Below are positions 38,820-48,798 of a DNA stretch of 64,000 nt, one piece after another; position 1 is the stretch's first letter, and each line of letters opens with the position of its first letter. This stretch comes from a virus: positions 96,001 through 160,000 of the IMG/VR virus record IMGVR_UViG_3300034684_000299; one strand, given 5' to 3'. The notes beneath the pieces are model-generated. The model saw nothing but the letters and a program-made list of their open reading frames with translations, ran no database searches and was not told where the DNA came from. A program made the position numbers and the translations under genes.

Positions 38820-39195
38820 TTTTAGAAATTTATTTTCGCCACGCAAAAAGAATGTCAAAGCAGAAAAAGAATTGACGAAAGAAGAATGGTTAAAAATAGC
38901 TATTGAAGAAAAAACAAAAATCAAAGGTAGTATACAAGAAGCGTTAGATAGTTTTTCTAAAATAAAGGAATATCCTGGTGTGTACGATGTATGGATATTT
39001 CCAAACAGAGAAGTAAGTTGTATTCTGAGAGGCATTCCAAAACCAGAGGATAATTTTTCAATGTATCAACTTGGTAATAATGGGAAACTTTTTTGTAGCT
39101 TTTTTCCACAAAGAGTAATAAAATACAATAAACAAGAATTTGACTTGTGGTTTGAAAAAATACTTGAAAGATTTATAGACAGATTACAATTTTAG
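38803..39195 (+). CDS. Hypothetical protein, paralogue family G
   Basis: KEEWLKIA..QEAL; close to 54319. Confidence 0.7.
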   Translation: MLKKINFRNLFSPRKKNVKAEKELTKEEWLKIAIEEKTKIKGSIQEALDSFSKIKEYPGVYDVWIFPNREVSCILRGIPKPEDNFSMYQLGNNGKLFCSFFPQRVIKYNKQEFDLWFEKILERFIDRLQF

Positions 39196-39213
39196 GAAAA
39201 GGGAGGAAATTAG

Positions 39214-40323
39214 ATGGCATTCGAAATAAATACAAGAGATCTAAGAAATGCTGTTCAACTCACCACAAATGCTGTTTCAAAAAAGACAACTAATCCTATT
39301 TTGAAGGGAATAAAGTTAGAAGTAGATGGTGATGTGTTACATATCTATGCTACTGATTTACAAACCGGATTTCATAAATGGTTGGAAATTAAAAGTGATG
39401 GCAAGAACTTTTCTACTGTGGTAGAACAAAATATTTTCTTAGAAATCATATCAAATCTTAATTATGATACACTTAATATCGATTTAGATGGTGTATTAAA
39501 GATATCTAGTGGTAATTCAGTATTCAAGTTGCCTACGATGAATCCTGAATTGTTCCCTTCAGTTACATTTGATGTTAGAGGGAACATTATTGAAATAGAT
39601 AGAACACTTCTTACAGACATGATTGATAAAGTTATCTTCTGTGTTGCAAAAGATTCTTCTCCATTTTCAGCTAGTATAAACGCTATTTACTGGGATTTCA
39701 CACAAGAAGGATTTTTAAATCTAGTTGCTACAGATTCATATCGATTAGCTATTTGTAAACATCAGTTGGAAAATGGGGATAGACTTTCCCCATTCCTTTT
39801 ATCGTTGAAAAGTATGAACGAATTAAAAGTTATTTTATCAGAATCAAAAGAAGAGAAAATAAAAATAGTTCAGGATATATCACAGGTTCTTTTTGATTTT
39901 GAAGAGGATAATAATCGTGTGATTTTTAATGTTGTAGAAGCAAACTTCCCAGACTATATTAGTATAATTCCACAAAAATTCATTACCGAAATTAAATCCA
40001 AATCCACAGAATTTCTAGGAATAATGAAAAGAATGTCTATTGTATCAAAACAAGAAGATTTAACTTTGTTCAATATAAACGATGGATATATACAATTTTA
40101 TGCTGATTCTCCAGATGTTGGTGAAGCAAGAGAAGAAATAACAGTAGAACAAAAAGGAAAAAATCTTGAGATAGGTTATTCGCCAAAATTTTTTAGAGAA
40201 GCTTTGGAAAAAGTAGAGACAGCAGAATTCGAATTAAAAATATCCGGTGAGGAACAACCAGCTATATTAAAACCTGCAGAAGATGACAGTTATATGTTTA
40301 TAATAATGCCAAAAAGGAAATAA
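39214..40323 (+). CDS. dnaN: DNA polymerase III beta sliding clamp
   Basis: NPILKGI, YATDL, LVATDSYRL, EANFPDY, SPDVGEA, IGYSPKF, FIIMP; three-domain length. Confidence 0.93.
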   Translation: MAFEINTRDLRNAVQLTTNAVSKKTTNPILKGIKLEVDGDVLHIYATDLQTGFHKWLEIKSDGKNFSTVVEQNIFLEIISNLNYDTLNIDLDGVLKISSGNSVFKLPTMNPELFPSVTFDVRGNIIEIDRTLLTDMIDKVIFCVAKDSSPFSASINAIYWDFTQEGFLNLVATDSYRLAICKHQLENGDRLSPFLLSLKSMNELKVILSESKEEKIKIVQDISQVLFDFEEDNNRVIFNVVEANFPDYISIIPQKFITEIKSKSTEFLGIMKRMSIVSKQEDLTLFNINDGYIQFYADSPDVGEAREEITVEQKGKNLEIGYSPKFFREALEKVETAEFELKISGEEQPAILKPAEDDSYMFIIMPKRK

Positions 40324-40380
40324 ATTCAGCTTCCTATCTTCAGATAGGAGGCTTATTTTTTTATAAAGGAGGAATAGAAA

Positions 40381-40902
40381 ATGAGCAAATGGGAAAAATT
40401 AGCTGAAAAATTTGAAGAAAAAATTAAAGATAAAATAGAAGAAGCTATTGAAATGGCTTATGAAAGTCCATGGGGTATCATAAGTGTTGTATTACATGAA
40501 GATGGAGATGTTTATGTGACACACGATGCTTCTGATAGCACCACTGATGGTGAAGTTTGGGCTGGAAGGGCTATTTATATAGTTAGTTTTGACGCTAATG
40601 ATTATCATATAACTAATGATTTATATGATTTAGAAAAAGAAGATGCTGAAAGAATTATAGCTAAAGAATGTAATGGAAAAGAGTATTTTGATAAATATAT
40701 ACAAGATTTAGAAAATTCTGAAGAAGAAGATAAGGATTTCGATGCTAGAGACATTTACTATGATTATCTTCCACCAGAAATTCAAAAACTTGTATATGAA
40801 GATTTAGTTGATGCATATGTTTATTATTATTTTACAGAATACTATGATGATTTAATTAACAATTTAATTAAAGAATTAGAAGAAGAAAATGAAGAAAACT
40901 AA
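40381..40902 (+). CDS. Acidic hypothetical protein, paralogue family G
   Basis: KWEK..IKDKIEEAIEMAY..IISVVLHEDGDVY. Confidence 0.75.
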   Translation: MSKWEKLAEKFEEKIKDKIEEAIEMAYESPWGIISVVLHEDGDVYVTHDASDSTTDGEVWAGRAIYIVSFDANDYHITNDLYDLEKEDAERIIAKECNGKEYFDKYIQDLENSEEEDKDFDARDIYYDYLPPEIQKLVYEDLVDAYVYYYFTEYYDDLINNLIKELEEENEEN

Positions 40903-40917
40903 GAAGGAGATGTTTAA

Positions 40918-41613
40918 ATGGAAAAAAGAATAGAAGTATTAGACAAAGGATTTGTAGAATTGATTGATATAATGGGGGACGACAGATCTGCTGTTAGAGC
41001 TGCTAGAGTTTCTCATGGGAAAGATGTATCTACTGATGAAAGAGATAAAAAACTTATTAACTACTTAATGTCTCACGAACACACATCACCATTCGAACAT
41101 ATTACTTTTACGTTCCATATAAAAGCTCCAATATTTGTAGCTCGCCAATTATTTCGCCACAGAATTGGAATAAGTTTTAACGAGCGTAGTGCAAGATATA
41201 CTTCTAAAGGTACAGATGAATTTTATATTCCTAACCATATCAGAGTTCAAGATACAAAAGACAAACAAAATAGTATTCGTTTTGAAAATGAAGAATTGAA
41301 AAATGAAGCTATTAATCTAATTGAAGAAGCATATAAAAATAGTTATGAGACATACGAAAAGCTTATAAATATGGGTGTAGCAAGGGAAATGGCACGTATT
41401 GTATTACCTGTTGGACAATACACTGAATTTTATTTAACTTTAAATGCTAGAGCTTTAATGCATTTTCTAGATTTAAGGGCTTCTTCACATGCCCAGTGGG
41501 AAATACAGGAATACGCTAAAGCTCTAGCTTATTTTTTCAAAGAGACATGCCCTTGGAGTTATGAAGCGTATTTAAAGCATCAATACAAGGGAGATATTTT
41601 AAAGGAGGAATAA
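40918..41613 (+). CDS. thyX: Flavin-dependent thymidylate synthase
   Basis: [23 protein letters not shown] (ThyX motif), [15 protein letters not shown]. Confidence 0.96.
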   Translation: MEKRIEVLDKGFVELIDIMGDDRSAVRAARVSHGKDVSTDERDKKLINYLMSHEHTSPFEHITFTFHIKAPIFVARQLFRHRIGISFNERSARYTSKGTDEFYIPNHIRVQDTKDKQNSIRFENEELKNEAINLIEEAYKNSYETYEKLINMGVAREMARIVLPVGQYTEFYLTLNARALMHFLDLRASSHAQWEIQEYAKALAYFFKETCPWSYEAYLKHQYKGDILKEE

Positions 41614-41615
41614 TA

Positions 41616-41999
41616 ATGACAAGTACATCAGATCTTTTAGAAGGAAGCTTTTTAGAAGAAAAAGACAAGGAAACTGTTAATGCTCAATTAAAAGAATTTT
41701 TGGATGAGATAAAATTACCTCAGGGATGGTATATTAATTTCCATGTCTATCATAGTAATACAGAAGATGTTGAGATAGACTTTTACAATGAAAGTTCAGA
41801 AGATGAAAATATTCCTAAATTAGAAATATGGCTTAGAACTAAAAAAAAAGGGAGAAAAATTAATTTAATAATGGACTTTTGTGGAGCAAAATTAGGGAGT
41901 AAGATGGTTCAATTAAACTATTTACCAATTAATAAAATAAAAGATTTTTTGGAAAGATATGAAGAAATTAATAATATTTTTGAGGAAATAGGTATTTGA
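41616..41999 (+). CDS. Hypothetical protein, paralogue family H
   Basis: LKEFLxxIxxPxxW..DFYN..FLExYEEI..FEEI. Confidence 0.75.
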   Translation: MTSTSDLLEGSFLEEKDKETVNAQLKEFLDEIKLPQGWYINFHVYHSNTEDVEIDFYNESSEDENIPKLEIWLRTKKKGRKINLIMDFCGAKLGSKMVQLNYLPINKIKDFLERYEEINNIFEEIGI

Positions 42000-42027
42000 T
42001 AAATTCTATAAAAAGGGGTGTTTTTAA

Positions 42028-42384
42028 ATGACAATTGAAAAATTGTTTTGTGAACTCAACACTAAACCAGCTGATATGCCAGTAGTAGTTTTAATTGATG
42101 GAGAATATTACAATATAATAATAACATATTCTCTCTGGAAATCTTATACAATCAAAGCTTCAAAAAATAATGTTGACAGATTAATGACAGTTAAAGATTT
42201 GAGAAAGGACCTTTTTGGATATCGAAAGGATCTAAGTTTGTTAACAAAAGTTAGTGTGGAAGCTGTATGGAAAAAAGAAAATGGGGATAAAGACTCTAAA
42301 ATATTTTACGAGCCTGAGATTAAAATTTTAGAAAAAAATGAGAAATTAATACTAAACATAATTTCAGAAATTGAGGAGGCTTGA
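42028..42384 (+). CDS. Hypothetical protein, paralogue family K
   Basis: Two-repeat organisation similar to 44719 (weak). Confidence 0.65.
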   Translation: MTIEKLFCELNTKPADMPVVVLIDGEYYNIIITYSLWKSYTIKASKNNVDRLMTVKDLRKDLFGYRKDLSLLTKVSVEAVWKKENGDKDSKIFYEPEIKILEKNEKLILNIISEIEEA

Positions 42385-42385
42385 A

Positions 42386-42778
42386 ATGAGGAATGGAATT
42401 GAATTTTATAGAGGAAATGCAATTCGTGAAGGAGAAAATGAAGAAATATTAAAAAGTAAGTTAAAAGATTTTTTAAGTAAAATTAATATTCCGGATGATT
42501 GGTATATAGTAATAGATGATTTCATGGATCCTCCTAGAATATCAGAATATATATCTGTAGATTTTTATAATAAAAAATTTGAAGATGAAGACACAGAAAT
42601 ATTATCTATCGTGTTAGAAGTATCTAGAAGAGAAAATCCAAGGCTGGAAATATTAAATTGTTATGTAGGAATCAAGGAAAATATATTGAAACTGAAAAAT
42701 ATAAAACCAGAGAAAGTTTATAAGTTTTTAGAAAAATACGAAGAAATTTATAGAATTTTTGAAGAAATAGATTTATAA
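42386..42778 (+). CDS. Hypothetical protein, paralogue family H
   Basis: LKDFLSKINIPDDW..DFYN..FLEKYEEIYRIFEEI. Confidence 0.75.
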   Translation: MRNGIEFYRGNAIREGENEEILKSKLKDFLSKINIPDDWYIVIDDFMDPPRISEYISVDFYNKKFEDEDTEILSIVLEVSRRENPRLEILNCYVGIKENILKLKNIKPEKVYKFLEKYEEIYRIFEEIDL

Positions 42779-42790
42779 GGAGGTAATAAA

Positions 42791-43144
42791 ATGACAGAAG
42801 AGGAAGAATGGGGATGGGAAGAACAAACAGGCATTATTATAGGTGGAATTTTTCTAATATTTTTTCTTATTAGTTCAACATTGTTTCTTTACATGGGAGA
42901 ATTATTGTTCAGCATAGTATGCCTTATATTAGCTGGAATTTTTTCTTTTGGTGCTAATGATAAGGAAACATCTCCTATCACAATTTTGGGATTGCTAAGC
43001 ATTTTTACTATTATAATTCTTATTATTTTAAAAACATCATGGATAATTGCTTTTGTTTCCGCAATATTATGGTCTATTTTAATTGTAATACAATTAATAG
43101 CGTATGGTACAACAATTAAAAGAGAAAAGGAGGTTAAAAAATGA
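42791..43144 (+). CDS. Membrane protein (about 4 TM)
   Basis: Multiple hydrophobic segments. Confidence 0.75.
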   Translation: MTEEEEWGWEEQTGIIIGGIFLIFFLISSTLFLYMGELLFSIVCLILAGIFSFGANDKETSPITILGLLSIFTIIILIILKTSWIIAFVSAILWSILIVIQLIAYGTTIKREKEVKK

Positions 43145-43464
43145 CTAAAGAAGAATTTAAAACATTTTTGTATACTGCACAACATACTTGTATTGATATT
43201 TATGAAGACAACGAAGATTTTGATAAATTTCTAAAAGAAATGGAAGAAGGTATCTATGATGATAAAGACGTCGAAAAGTTTGAAATGCATGGATGGGTTT
43301 ATTATGAATTTGATGTCGATGAAGAAATAACAGAAATAACACCAATATGTCCAGAATCTGATGAACCAGTTGAATTACCAGCACCGATTGTTTATTATTG
43401 GGATGAAGTTGAACCTGAAATGTTTGATAAATGGGCTAATTATATTCAGCAGTATACAAAATAG
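43141..43464 (+). CDS. Acidic hypothetical protein, paralogue family F
   Basis: FEMHGWVYYEFD..YWDEVEPEMFDKW. Confidence 0.75.
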   Translation: MTKEEFKTFLYTAQHTCIDIYEDNEDFDKFLKEMEEGIYDDKDVEKFEMHGWVYYEFDVDEEITEITPICPESDEPVELPAPIVYYWDEVEPEMFDKWANYIQQYTK

Positions 43465-43491
43465 TAACATTTAGAAAAGGAGAGATCGAAT

Positions 43492-43908
43492 ATGAGCGAA
43501 AATTTTGTGTGGTTATTAGAAAAAGCCAAGGCTGAAATAGATAATCCTTATGGATATACAAATGAATTTGGTGAATATACTATCCGTATTCCAATGAAAG
43601 AATTAGAAGAAATTGATGATTTGGAATGGGATTTTTGGGTTTATAAGATTATTTCAATTATAAAAGGCGAAGAAGAAAGAAAAGATTTTGAGGAAAATGG
43701 TGCTATAGAATATTCTTTTGATTTACGCTATCGAGGGACTTCAACAACAGCTTATGATTCTAAAGGGCAAGAAATTGTGTTTGGAAGTACACAATATTGG
43801 AAAGAAGTTTCAGACGAAGAATTTAATTTTTGGGAAAAATTACTTAAATGGTTGATACAAAAAGATAAAGCATTGGATAATGGGAGCAATCATGTCCACA
43901 TATCATAA
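43492..43908 (+). CDS. Hypothetical protein, paralogue family F
   Basis: FEENGAIEYSFD..YWKEVSDEEFNFWEKLL. Confidence 0.75.
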   Translation: MSENFVWLLEKAKAEIDNPYGYTNEFGEYTIRIPMKELEEIDDLEWDFWVYKIISIIKGEEERKDFEENGAIEYSFDLRYRGTSTTAYDSKGQEIVFGSTQYWKEVSDEEFNFWEKLLKWLIQKDKALDNGSNHVHIS

Positions 43909-44722
43909 ACTATTCATCAAAAATAGTTCTAATATGTTAGAAATAGCAAGTGAAAGTATCCAATTAATACTCACTTCTCCTCCATACTTCAATGCACCAT
44001 TCGATTACAAAGATATGTTTGATACTTACGAACAATATTTAGAACTTTTGCAACAAGTATCCAAAGAACTATACAGAGTTTTAGCTGAAGGAAGGATCTG
44101 TGTTATCAATATCGATGATATGTTGATTAATGGAGAAAAATTCCCTATTGTTGCAGATGCAACTAAAATTTTCCAAGAAGCTGGGTTTAAGTACAGGGAC
44201 AGGATTATATGGAAAAAGCCAGATGGTTATTTGAGAATAAGTAGAAGAAGCGGTGTTGTTCTACAAAATCCATATCCCATGTATTTTTATCCAGACAATC
44301 TCTTGGAGAGTATACTAATCTTCCAGAAAGGGAAATTTGATTACAAGTCTATTCCTCAAGATGTTAAAGAGAGCTCAAAAATAGATACAAAAGAAATATT
44401 AGAAGAAAAATGGTATATGAATCTATGGGAAATGACAAATGTTCTTCCAAATCAGTCATTAGAGAAAGATATAGCAGCGTTTCCTGACGAATTACCTTAT
44501 AGAATAATTAAATTATTCTCTTATGTAGGTGAAACAGTTTTAGACCCATTTGTAGGATCTGGAACTACTATGAAAGTTGCAAGGCAATTGGGAAGAAATA
44601 GTATAGGGATAGAAATAGATAGTTCTTTGGTTCCAATAATCAAAGAAAAAGTCGGGTTTGGAGGACAATTGAGTTTGTTCCAAAACAAAGATACGTTTGA
44701 AATAATACGCGAAAAGGAGTGA
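43880..44722 (+). CDS. Amino-DNA methyltransferase (N4-C/N6-A, beta class)
   Basis: LTSPPY catalytic motif before DPFVGSGTT SAM-binding motif; AAFPDELP; C-terminal QLSLF. Confidence 0.9.
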   Translation: MGAIMSTYHKLFIKNSSNMLEIASESIQLILTSPPYFNAPFDYKDMFDTYEQYLELLQQVSKELYRVLAEGRICVINIDDMLINGEKFPIVADATKIFQEAGFKYRDRIIWKKPDGYLRISRRSGVVLQNPYPMYFYPDNLLESILIFQKGKFDYKSIPQDVKESSKIDTKEILEEKWYMNLWEMTNVLPNQSLEKDIAAFPDELPYRIIKLFSYVGETVLDPFVGSGTTMKVARQLGRNSIGIEIDSSLVPIIKEKVGFGGQLSLFQNKDTFEIIREKE

Positions 44723-45069
44723 TATCAATGATTATTTATACAAAAGATTTATTAGAAAAATTGGGTAATCATTCTGAACAATACATGACAGTTGTTACCC
44801 AAGATGTAGATTCAAAAAGATACACGATCTATTATATAAAAGAAGTGGTTTGTGCAGGTAACTTCATAATTTTAGATTTGATGTATCAAAAGAAGTTTTA
44901 TTCAACAAAAGAAGTTTATGACATTATTTCTCATCTTGACAAAGAAAATTCAGAGTCAACAGTGAAAATAAACCTTCCAGAAGGCAAGTTTATTGATGAT
45001 TTTGAATTTTGGGATGTAATCAGCCCGGTAGAAAATAGCTTAATACTCATTATAGGGGTAAAAAGTTGA
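44719..45069 (+). CDS. Hypothetical protein, paralogue family K
   Basis: Weak similarity to 42028. Confidence 0.65.
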   Translation: MISMIIYTKDLLEKLGNHSEQYMTVVTQDVDSKRYTIYYIKEVVCAGNFIILDLMYQKKFYSTKEVYDIISHLDKENSESTVKINLPEGKFIDDFEFWDVISPVENSLILIIGVKS

Positions 45070-45215
45070 TATAGGCTAGCAAATTGCTAGCCTTTTTGTT
45101 TTTATAGAATATTAAATAAGTTTATCTACTAATGATCAGATTTTTGTTGACTTATTTATTGTTAGTGTGGTACAATCGAATTAATCAGTATTTACCGAAA
45201 GAAAGAGGGAAAAGT

Positions 45216-45701
45216 ATGACTTTTGAAGAATTTGATAAATATATAAAGAAATTATGCAATAGTACTTATTATGTCATAGTAATGCAAAAAGAAGATTTGA
45301 AACAATTAGGATTAGAATATTTTTTCAGGTATATAATTGAAAAGATAGAAACGGGATATCCTTTGGTAAAACCAGAACAAATAGATTTATTTATCTCTGA
45401 AGGATTAATTGAATCTGATAGAGCGGTTATGACACCCGGAGAGTTTGAGAAATTTAAAAAAGAAGGATGTTTGATGTTAGGATTTTCATACCAGATGCAA
45501 AGTTTAGAAATCTTTCCATATTGTCCTAATCAAAAATATTTTTATAGACCGTATTGGCCTTATTATCTCGATGATGAAGACCCAGAAGAATGGATGAGTA
45601 TATCTTGGAGCAATTTTAGTGAAAAGTTGTTCGATATTTTTGTTGATTATATAGAAAAACAGCAACAAAAAATATTAAAATTAATTGAAAAAGGAGAGTG
45701 A
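45216..45701 (+). CDS. Hypothetical protein, paralogue family F
   Basis: FKKEGCLMLGF; SD-led start behind a TTGACT-18-TACAAT promoter (45147-45176). Confidence 0.7.
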   Translation: MTFEEFDKYIKKLCNSTYYVIVMQKEDLKQLGLEYFFRYIIEKIETGYPLVKPEQIDLFISEGLIESDRAVMTPGEFEKFKKEGCLMLGFSYQMQSLEIFPYCPNQKYFYRPYWPYYLDDEDPEEWMSISWSNFSEKLFDIFVDYIEKQQQKILKLIEKGE

Positions 45702-45705
45702 AAAA

Positions 45706-46011
45706 ATGGCAGATTTAAAAACTTTAAGGAGTTTGATTTATGGGGACTATCTCGAGGTAACGTTAACACCAAAAGTTTTAAAAAAATTAGTTGGAAATAG
45801 GTATTATTTACCAGAAACATGTCAGGGCAATGTAACTTTTACTTTTGACAAAACAAACAATACAACTGAAATTTTTAAACAATGGTTTAAAGACAACGAA
45901 TTTGATTGGCGAGAAAAAAAGTTATTTATGTGGGGAAGAGCTGATGATGATGAAATAGAAGCTTGGTGCACAATCCTTGAACATGTAAAAGGCACATCAG
46001 CTGTTCAATAA
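45706..46011 (+). CDS. Hypothetical protein, paralogue family F
   Basis: TFTFDKT..DDEIEAWCTILE. Confidence 0.75.
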   Translation: MADLKTLRSLIYGDYLEVTLTPKVLKKLVGNRYYLPETCQGNVTFTFDKTNNTTEIFKQWFKDNEFDWREKKLFMWGRADDDEIEAWCTILEHVKGTSAVQ

Positions 46012-46033
46012 TTTATAAAAAGGAGGAAACAAA

Positions 46034-46345
46034 ATGGCAAATTTGCAAACTGTAAGGGATTTAATTAATGGGCTCTGGTTTGAGGTAACATTAACATCAA
46101 AAGCTTATAAAAAAATATTTAAAAACATAAGGGAGCAACCAGCAACACTTGATTATGATATAACTTTTACTTTTGATAAAACAAAAAATACAACTAATAT
46201 TCTCAAACATTATTTTAAAGAAGGTGAATTTGATTGGTATGAAAAGAAAGAAATTTTTTGGGATAGTGCTGATGAGAATGAAATAGAAGAATGGTGTACA
46301 ATCCTTGAACATGTAAAAAGGACATCAGCTGTTCAACAATTTTAA
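46034..46345 (+). CDS. Hypothetical protein, paralogue family F
   Basis: Close tandem copy of 45706. Confidence 0.75.
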   Translation: MANLQTVRDLINGLWFEVTLTSKAYKKIFKNIREQPATLDYDITFTFDKTKNTTNILKHYFKEGEFDWYEKKEIFWDSADENEIEEWCTILEHVKRTSAVQQF

Positions 46346-46360
46346 AAAGGAGGTAACAAA

Positions 46361-46843
46361 ATGGTTAGTATAGTAGAAGTTTTAAAGGGACAAAACGAAT
46401 GGCAAAATATAGTAGATCAGATTAAAAATCATTACACAAAACAAGAAGAACAAAATGCACATATCAAGAATCTTGAAAACGTTTTTGAAGAGATAAAAAT
46501 ACCTGACGATTGGGAGGTGATCATTGCAGGATTTGAATTCAATGAGCCAAGTGTCCCATCATATATATCTGTGAACTTATATAAAAAAGATGGGAAAAAG
46601 CCTCTATTCTTTTTCTATATTGCCCTAAATAGAGGTTCCACATTTGAAGAAGAGAAATATAAATATAAAATATTTGTAAGAGATCTTACGCTTCACTTTT
46701 ATGACCCTGAAATTCGAATATTAATTGATGAACCTGATACTCCAGATTTTTACAAAAATATAGATCTTGATAAGCTGTTAGAAAAGTATGATGAATTAAA
46801 TTCTTTATTTCAGAATTTTTATAAAAAGGAGGTAACAAAATGA
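46361..46843 (+). CDS. Hypothetical protein, paralogue family H
   Basis: IKIPDDW..ISVNLY..LLEKYDEL. Confidence 0.7.
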   Translation: MVSIVEVLKGQNEWQNIVDQIKNHYTKQEEQNAHIKNLENVFEEIKIPDDWEVIIAGFEFNEPSVPSYISVNLYKKDGKKPLFFFYIALNRGSTFEEEKYKYKIFVRDLTLHFYDPEIRILIDEPDTPDFYKNIDLDKLLEKYDELNSLFQNFYKKEVTK

Positions 46844-47316
46844 GAATAGTTATTATTTGGCCAAAAGATACAAAGAATTATGTAGAGGAAGGTAACAAAG
46901 ATATAGGTTCAAACTTAACTATTTATCCACCAGTAGGTCATAATCCCATTGAAATTTTATGGGAAGAAAGAGATTTTGATGGGTATATATGGAGGTCTGA
47001 ATTTGAATGTGATGTTAAAGACAAAGTATGGGCTGAACAATGGAAAACGGAAAAGGATCACTCAAGATTTTATATAAAAAAATATGCCCATGAAGATGTA
47101 CTAAAAAGAGGGTTTGAACCAGACGAATTAAAATTTCTTAATGCCTATAGAGACAGATTTCTTCTTATAGGTATAAGGGGTAATACTCCCATTGAAGGAA
47201 TGCAAGATTTGTACATTTGGGATAATGAAACTAAAGAGAAATATCTAATGGAATATACACACCCGGCAAATTTTGACAGTTTTAAAAAGAAATTAGAAGA
47301 ATTGCACTTAATTTAA
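46840..47316 (+). CDS. Hypothetical protein, paralogue family I
   Basis: EFECxVKDKVW..YAHxDVLxRGF..DLYIWDN shared with 47879. Confidence 0.8.
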   Translation: MRIVIIWPKDTKNYVEEGNKDIGSNLTIYPPVGHNPIEILWEERDFDGYIWRSEFECDVKDKVWAEQWKTEKDHSRFYIKKYAHEDVLKRGFEPDELKFLNAYRDRFLLIGIRGNTPIEGMQDLYIWDNETKEKYLMEYTHPANFDSFKKKLEELHLI

Positions 47317-47336
47317 TAATAATAAGGAGTGAAAAA

Positions 47337-47609
47337 ATGGTAGAGATGAAAAAATATGAAGTAAGAATAGATAGGGAATATCTTGTTGAAATTTATGCTA
47401 AAAATGCAGAAGAAGCTGAAGAGTATGTTCAAACATATTTAGGCAATTTAGTTGATGAATCAACTCCTAAAGATCAAGAAGAGAAAAATTTCAAAATATC
47501 CGATATGGAACTCTTATGGAGCGAAGTTTTAGACTGTCAAGAAGCTGAAATTAAGGAAAAAGCAAGAAAAATGGGTGTATTTGATAGGTTTTTTGGGGCA
47601 AAATATTAA
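47337..47609 (+). CDS. Hypothetical protein, paralogue family J
   Basis: YEVxIxRxY..A.EY..DESTP..LDC. Confidence 0.75.
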   Translation: MVEMKKYEVRIDREYLVEIYAKNAEEAEEYVQTYLGNLVDESTPKDQEEKNFKISDMELLWSEVLDCQEAEIKEKARKMGVFDRFFGAKY

Positions 47610-47643
47610 ACTCAAAAAAACAAATTATTAAGGAGGCAAAAAA

Positions 47644-47862
47644 ATGAAAGAATTTGAAGTGGTACTATCTAGAGATTATGTTGTAAGAATCAAGGCTGAG
47701 AATAAAGAGAAAGCAAAAGAATATGCAGAAATATTTATTGGTGACCCAAAAGACGAATCCACACCAGAAGATAGGGAAGAAAAAAGATTTGAAATTTTAG
47801 AGATTAGTTCAGAATTCAACGAAGCATTAGATTGCGAAGAAGTAGAAGAAATAGAAGAATAA
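47644..47862 (+). CDS. Hypothetical protein, paralogue family J
   Basis: Tandem paralogue of 47337. Confidence 0.75.
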   Translation: MKEFEVVLSRDYVVRIKAENKEKAKEYAEIFIGDPKDESTPEDREEKRFEILEISSEFNEALDCEEVEEIEE

Positions 47863-47878
47863 AAGGAGATGATGGTTA

Positions 47879-48352
47879 GTGGAAATGGTAAGAATTTGGC
47901 AAAAAGATACAAAAGTGTTTTTGGAAAAATCACCCGAGAATTTTAAATCTAGTTTGACTCTTTTAGCACCGGAAGGGCAAAATCCACCAAAGATTTTGTG
48001 GTGGGAAGAGCCAAATTTTAATGGGCATGAGTGGCAAAAAGAGTTTGAATGTAACGTGAAAGATAAGGTTTGGATTGAACATTGGAAAAAAGTAGACAAT
48101 ATAGAGTTTAAAGTAGAATATGCACACAAAGATGTTCTAGAAAGAGGATTTACACCTGAAGAATTGAAGTTTCTGAACGTATACAGAGATAAATTTTTGT
48201 TGTTAGCTATTCCCAAAGACAGCGAAAGTGAAACAATAGAAGATTTGTATATTTGGGATAACAGCACTAAAGAGAAATATTTGTTACCGGATGATTTCAC
48301 GTGCAAATTGGAAGAATTTAAACTAGAATTAGAAAAACTTAAACTAATCTAA
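47879..48352 (+). CDS. Hypothetical protein, paralogue family I
   Basis: Paralogue of 46840. Confidence 0.8.
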   Translation: MEMVRIWQKDTKVFLEKSPENFKSSLTLLAPEGQNPPKILWWEEPNFNGHEWQKEFECNVKDKVWIEHWKKVDNIEFKVEYAHKDVLERGFTPEELKFLNVYRDKFLLLAIPKDSESETIEDLYIWDNSTKEKYLLPDDFTCKLEEFKLELEKLKLI

Positions 48353-48456
48353 AGTCATAAAACTCACCTTCTCCCCACCTAAACAGGTGGGGCTTTTTTC
48401 AAAATTTTATTTTTTTTGGTATATATTAGTTAATATATATTAAAGGAGGGATTTTA

Positions 48457-48783
48457 ATGGGAAATATGATTACTAAGGAAGATTTTTTGGAATTGTTATA
48501 CAGCCCCATAGTAACTAAAGCATTGGAAATTACTGATATGGAAAAGATCTCAAAAGAAGAGTTTGACAGAATAATGGAAAATGCAAATGATGAAGAAGAT
48601 AAACTTTTTATGCAATATAAAGGGTTTATTGCATACACTTTTGATTCATACAATCAAGAAACCAAAATCAGGATATTTTCTAAAGTTGAAAACAATATCC
48701 AACACAAAGGATTCTTTTGTGAAAAATGGAGTGAAGTAACTCCAGAGAAGTTTGAACTATGGGCAAAAATTTTGCAATACTAA
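48457..48783 (+). CDS. Hypothetical protein, paralogue family F
   Basis: GFIAYTFD..KWSEVTPEKFELWAKIL. Confidence 0.75.
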   Translation: MGNMITKEDFLELLYSPIVTKALEITDMEKISKEEFDRIMENANDEEDKLFMQYKGFIAYTFDSYNQETKIRIFSKVENNIQHKGFFCEKWSEVTPEKFELWAKILQY

Positions 48784-48798
48784 AAGGAGGTAATTTGT

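Noticed and set aside
48371-48398. CCCCACC..GGTGGGG hairpin as an IS end
   Set aside because: It resembles the IscB-element hairpins but has no other element sequence; most simply a terminator.
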